Translations under genes and position numbers: made by a program | Shown: one piece after another, positions 59,606 through 64,000 of the stretch | Layout: every line of letters begins with the position of its first letter | Numbering within the stretch: position 1 is the stretch's first letter | Assembly: GCA_040285745.1 (NCBI GenBank) | Contig: JAUFOR010000004.1 | Coordinates: 62,001 to 126,000 of the forward strand | Origin: Barthelona sp. PCE | Lineage: Eukaryota | DNA: 64,000 nucleotides | Reading direction: 5' to 3' | Notes under the pieces: model-generated | Database searches by the model: none | Seen by the model: the letters and a program-made list of their open reading frames with translations, nothing else | What the model was told of the DNA's origin: nothing

Positions 59606-61795
59606 TTAGTTTAATTTTTCAGTAGGGGTTTCCTTCTTCACTTCCTTATCTTCATTCTCATTCTGTTGCTGTTCTTTCAAGGGCTGCATTTCTTGTACCT
59701 TCTCCTTCAAATTACTGGGAGAAATTCCCAATTTTCTCCTACTGATAGCCTTAAAAATCAACTTACGGAAATTGGGGAGCTTTTGCAAATCAATATCGAA
59801 GTTCATTTGAAGGAATTTGAATAAAATATAAGCAAAAATGCTGAAGATGAGAACTTTTTTGTTCTGCCTGAATCTTAAAGTCTTCCACACGAAAATAACA
59901 ACAAGGAAAAAATAAGAAGTTCTATTTTGGTTTTGTCTTAGTTGAATATGTTCTATTTCGTTGTATTTTAAGTCACGCATTTTCTCAATCAAATCGCGCT
60001 TCACAACCTCAATGTCTCGTTCACTCAAGAGAACAAGCTCTTTGAAATCAGAATTAAACATGAGTGCTTTTGGAACACTCAAACGAGAGTTAGCGGAAAC
60101 TTCTTCCACAAGTTCATTAACGAGCATCTCAAACAGGTCCTCACACGCAGCGATGTTCCAGTGCTTATAACGAGTTGTCTTATATGAGTGCCATCTCGCT
60201 TCGAATTCATTATGTAGAGCCTTCACCTTCCGTTGGATACTCTTTTGCAAATACTTGTCAGCGAATGTCAGCGCACTCATGTTAAGCTTTGAGATAATTC
60301 CACGTACTGGTGACCTTATAGTGTCACTGATACGATCTTCAAGAATATCATCAATACAGTCGAGCTCCTCACCGATCTCCATATATTTCTTTGTTTGCAT
60401 TTCACTGACAACATCAGCTGTCTTGCTTAAAACGGTATCGAGCGGAATACCACTGTATGTATTTGTTAAAACCCTTTCCATTTCCAATAAAGTTTTCTTT
60501 TCGTACACAGTGCAAAAGTGTTTCGCAAGTCTTTCATTTGCATGCTTTAAGTCATTAACTCCCTTCATAGCAAGGACCTCACTCTGTTCAATGAAGCTCT
60601 GCTTAGCCTCGCAGCCAATATTTTCGGGAAGAGTCAACAAATCCCTGTAGAGTTCATTAATTTCTTCACAACACTTGTTTAAAGTCGCCAGGATCGTGGT
60701 TCTATTGCACGGGTACTCGAGTGCCATGCATGTTTCCATACATTCACTGATAAGACCATCAACAATACTATCACTGCATTTGAACAATTGTGCAGTTGCA
60801 TAAGAAAACAGCTTTTCAGCAAATAAAACACGGCGCTTACGGGCCTGTGAGCCATATTTACGAGTTAGATCATCAAATTTTCTGAGTAGATTCACCATTT
60901 TCATCATAAGATCACAAACGCTCTCATCATTAAAGGAAACATTCTCAAGAATCTCATTTTCAATGTCACCAACGAGTTTGTTGATCACTAGACTGCGCTC
61001 AGTGGGTAAATCCAAATCCTTATTCGCAAGTACGTCAGTCCACAACTGGTTGAGATATGAGAAGAGGGTGGCGACCGGTAGAGCATCAATGTCCCTGATC
61101 TTGGGGATCTCCTCCAGTAGATAGTTGCGCAGGCTGTCTACCTCTGTGTTGAATTCGTCCCTACAATGAATGTAATGAGAGAAAAAGACAATTTTTAGAC
61201 GGAAAAAGGAAGAAAAGGAAATATGACTGGTTCCGCTATTCTCTTGAACTGTATCCTGCCACAAATTCATGATTTCAGCTTCTAACTGCTTCTCCAAAGC
61301 AATTTTTTCAATCTCAACATCTGTATCACGAACACATATAACCAACGTTGTGGGACGCGAACCAATGATCTTAAAACCTGCGCTAAACACCTCCTTGAGT
61401 AAAGCAATACCTGAAGCTTTATATCTACCAATATCAGTGTTCCAAATGTTAACAATGAGAACATCACTTATTGCAAGACTCAAAAGAGAAAAGCGCCTAT
61501 CCCACACGTTGTCCACGCTGCCATCCACACCCTCACAGTCCATTACAAATAGATTTCTGTTGAGATTGGGATTGTCAGTGTTGCTAATAAATATACCGTG
61601 CGTTGTTTTACCGCGACCAACGTTAGCATCCATTACATCGAAATTACAATCAAAGAGAGCATTCAAAAGTGTACTTTTACCTGAACTTTGAGGACCTAAA
61701 ACTGATAATAGTGAATAGGAACCTTGCATCTCCGAAATATAATCATCACACTCATCGTTGACAAGCCCCTCCTCGTTTATAAGCTGTGTTTTCAT
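59606..61795 (-). CDS. SEY1: Sey1/RHD3 dynamin-like ER-fusion GTPase
   Basis: SVLGPQSSGKSTLLNALF, FDVMD, GRGKTTHGIF, VMDCEGVDG, LIVNIWNTDIGRY, ICVRD, NKDLDLP; C-terminal TM hairpin. Confidence 0.9.
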   Translation of the reverse strand: MKTQLINEEGLVNDECDDYISEMQGSYSLLSVLGPQSSGKSTLLNALFDCNFDVMDANVGRGKTTHGIFISNTDNPNLNRNLFVMDCEGVDGSVDNVWDRRFSLLSLAISDVLIVNIWNTDIGRYKASGIALLKEVFSAGFKIIGSRPTTLVICVRDTDVEIEKIALEKQLEAEIMNLWQDTVQENSGTSHISFSSFFRLKIVFFSHYIHCRDEFNTEVDSLRNYLLEEIPKIRDIDALPVATLFSYLNQLWTDVLANKDLDLPTERSLVINKLVGDIENEILENVSFNDESVCDLMMKMVNLLRKFDDLTRKYGSQARKRRVLFAEKLFSYATAQLFKCSDSIVDGLISECMETCMALEYPCNRTTILATLNKCCEEINELYRDLLTLPENIGCEAKQSFIEQSEVLAMKGVNDLKHANERLAKHFCTVYEKKTLLEMERVLTNTYSGIPLDTVLSKTADVVSEMQTKKYMEIGEELDCIDDILEDRISDTIRSPVRGIISKLNMSALTFADKYLQKSIQRKVKALHNEFEARWHSYKTTRYKHWNIAACEDLFEMLVNELVEEVSANSRLSVPKALMFNSDFKELVLLSERDIEVVKRDLIEKMRDLKYNEIEHIQLRQNQNRTSYFFLVVIFVWKTLRFRQNKKVLIFSIFAYILFKFLQMNFDIDLQKLPNFRKLIFKAISRRKLGISPSNLKEKVQEMQPLKEQQQNENEDKEVKKETPTEKLN

Positions 61796-61958
61796 TTTAA
61801 ACGTTATTGAGAAACGTTAAGGAAGGTTAAATAATGTAAAACAAATTTTTTGCACAATTCTATCCAGCCATTTGTGGGCAGCATCCATAATATACATGAT
61901 TTGTCATATCAATTATCTTGAAGATGTGTTGTTCATTTTTTTACTTTGTTAGGGCTTT

Positions 61959-62558
61959 ATGAGTTTTGAAGGGCTACCCCAGCTTGAGGTCAGTGATCCT
62001 CCTCCCAAATCTGCACGGCGTAGGAGACTATCAACTCCAATAACACCGGTATTATCACGTAAAGCAGTAATTTCTCGAAATTTGCGAAAAATTGAAGAAA
62101 AGCAGATGGATACTCTTATCCCAAGAACACCATCAGTGTGCATTGAATGTGAAAGTCTTAGGGAAGAGCTCAATATCCTTAAAAAAAGGCAGTTGAAGCA
62201 ATCCCTTCAATTAAAGGAAAAAGAGGAGGACAATCAGGATCTCCGACTAGATTTACACAATTTACAAGAACAATTTGGTGAATTAGAAAACAAACTGATA
62301 AACTTGTGTGATTATATTAAAAGGCAACAAGATCTCAATAACACACATAATTTAACGTCAGACAAGCACTTTTTCTTTCGTATTGAGGAGCTAACCAATA
62401 TGATAAATGATAAAGATGAGCATATCTCATCATTGCAACAGGATTTGGATCATCAAGAATCCAAAATTGCATTGTTGACCAATCAACTTAATTCCTTTCG
62501 TCAAATGCATGCAACAATTGGATTTCAGGACTTTTCAAAAAATGATGTTTATACATAA
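61959..62558 (+). CDS. Hypothetical coiled-coil protein (199 aa)
   Basis: ATG-initiated ORF with heptad-rich C-terminal two thirds and a CIEC motif. Confidence 0.6.
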   Translation: MSFEGLPQLEVSDPPPKSARRRRLSTPITPVLSRKAVISRNLRKIEEKQMDTLIPRTPSVCIECESLREELNILKKRQLKQSLQLKEKEEDNQDLRLDLHNLQEQFGELENKLINLCDYIKRQQDLNNTHNLTSDKHFFFRIEELTNMINDKDEHISSLQQDLDHQESKIALLTNQLNSFRQMHATIGFQDFSKNDVYT

Positions 62559-62773
62559 AATAGTTCTTAGCTTGTAAATAGAATCAATTCTTTTTTTTCT
62601 TCCTTTTCTTCATGCCTCGACCCAAAATTTATGAAAATGGGCTGACAATTTCTGCATATCCAGAGGGCTTCATTAAATTTTACACTAAAGATGTGATGCA
62701 CCCCAATGACAAACTTATAATTTATAAAAGTGACTTTGAGAATGTATCTATTACACATCCGTCATCGTACGTA

Positions 62774-64000
62774 ATGGCTACTGATGTGTCCCGATTCAAT
62801 GAGAGTATTCTACAGACCGTTGTTTTTGAATCAGGTTTTTACAGTAATTTTTTCAAGAATGATCTTTCTCAGATCTCTGTTGTCGTTTATTCGGCACTAA
62901 ATGATATCAGCAGTAAGATTACACTTGCTTTTAATTTAGAACTTGGTGAGGGATATAAGTTTAGAAGTCTGGTTCTTCTTTCACGGGATTTAGTCGTATA
63001 CCAATATTCAAACTTGGTGGAAGACGGCGTGGCATTTCAAAGGATATCAAGTGGTGAAGTTCATAAGGTTCCTGGATTAAAGATAGTTGAGTACTTTTGT
63101 ATGAAGTCACTTTTTTTTTATGATAGAAATCATGTAATACACGGTTATAATCACAGTAATAACTTGTTTGAAATGGGTGCTGAGCGGTGCATTGACGAGT
63201 TACCGTTCTCTTTCAGACGACATTCCATAGTTCCTGTGGTAAATTCTGATTGCGTCGCATTTGTTCAGAATAATATTGATGGTATTAAGTATCTGAGCTT
63301 CGTGCGGGGATCTGAGGTAATTAATGTGCTGGATGCATTTGACTTGGCTGAAATTAAGTTGAAAAGCGCATTCACGAGCATTGTTGTTGTACAGTTTTCA
63401 GTTGATACTCAGGTGTGTAAGTTGTGTTTCATCTCAAATACATGTGCAATTTTATGGTCTCTTGATGAGGAAGAATCAACGGTGAGTATAGATCTGCCAA
63501 TATGCAGCAATCTCTTGCATTGTGATGAAAAAGTTAATGTGATGCATGGTGTGCATGGTTACAAATTCACACAATTTTGGGGTATTTACAATAAGCAGTC
63601 GATTCACTTTAATTTCTATGACAAAAGCCATATACTTTTAAGTATTGATAGTTTAAATAAGATAAACCAGCGATGGGGGCCGTACATTGTCGAGTATAGG
63701 TTGTCAAACGGTATGTATGCAGTATTTTTTTTAAAAAATGCCTCTGTTCTTCTATTAAATATACATAATTACAGTGAAATTGATGTTATTGATGAGCATA
63801 TAGTCATAAAAGGTATAAGTAGTGTTAATGGTGAATGGGTGCAAATCATCTATACCGTTTATCGTGACGGAACGGTTCAACATAAATTAGCAGGAAGTGT
63901 ACCGGCATCTCAGTTCATATACAAAAGAGTCAACTTGGCACATAGAGTCTTATACAATTTAACATTCTGTGAAGAAATAACTAAACATCTTCCTCGATTC
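62774..64000 (+). CDS. Hypothetical protein, 3'-partial (>409 aa); missing from the supplied ORF track
   Basis: ATG GCT ACT GAT GTG at 62774; read by hand with no stop to the window end (MATDVSRFNESILQTVVFESGF...EEITKHLPRF); beta-rich composition. Confidence 0.75.
   Translation, partial: MATDVSRFNESILQTVVFESGFYSNFFKNDLSQISVVVYSALNDISSKITLAFNLELGEGYKFRSLVLLSRDLVVYQYSNLVEDGVAFQRISSGEVHKVPGLKIVEYFCMKSLFFYDRNHVIHGYNHSNNLFEMGAERCIDELPFSFRRHSIVPVVNSDCVAFVQNNIDGIKYLSFVRGSEVINVLDAFDLAEIKLKSAFTSIVVVQFSVDTQVCKLCFISNTCAILWSLDEEESTVSIDLPICSNLLHCDEKVNVMHGVHGYKFTQFWGIYNKQSIHFNFYDKSHILLSIDSLNKINQRWGPYIVEYRLSNGMYAVFFLKNASVLLLNIHNYSEIDVIDEHIVIKGISSVNGEWVQIIYTVYRDGTVQHKLAGSVPASQFIYKRVNLAHRVLYNLTFCEEITKHLPRF

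Overview
Gene-dense eukaryotic DNA (standard code, no introns needed to explain any gene, intergenic gaps often <100 bp). Flagellar genes (DNAAF11/LRRC6, PPIL6), Sey1, NVL/Rix7, TTI1, Arp8 and a membrane-anchored bZIP point to a flagellated protist with a compact genome; the exact lineage cannot be read from sequence alone. The first 21 kb is the 3' part of a giant (>7,000 aa) repeat-built surface protein. The clearest discovery is a complete, unannotated 4,498-bp hAT-type DNA transposon (41791-46288). It has 55-bp terminal inverted repeats, a perfect 8-bp target-site duplication (CAAAATTC) and an intact 1,247-aa transposase about twice the size of Hermes. Two intergenic regions (about 25.94-26.22 kb and 59.20-59.40 kb) fold into nested multi-stem structures and are candidate unassigned ncRNA genes. 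All family assignments come from recognising motifs by eye; no database searches were run.
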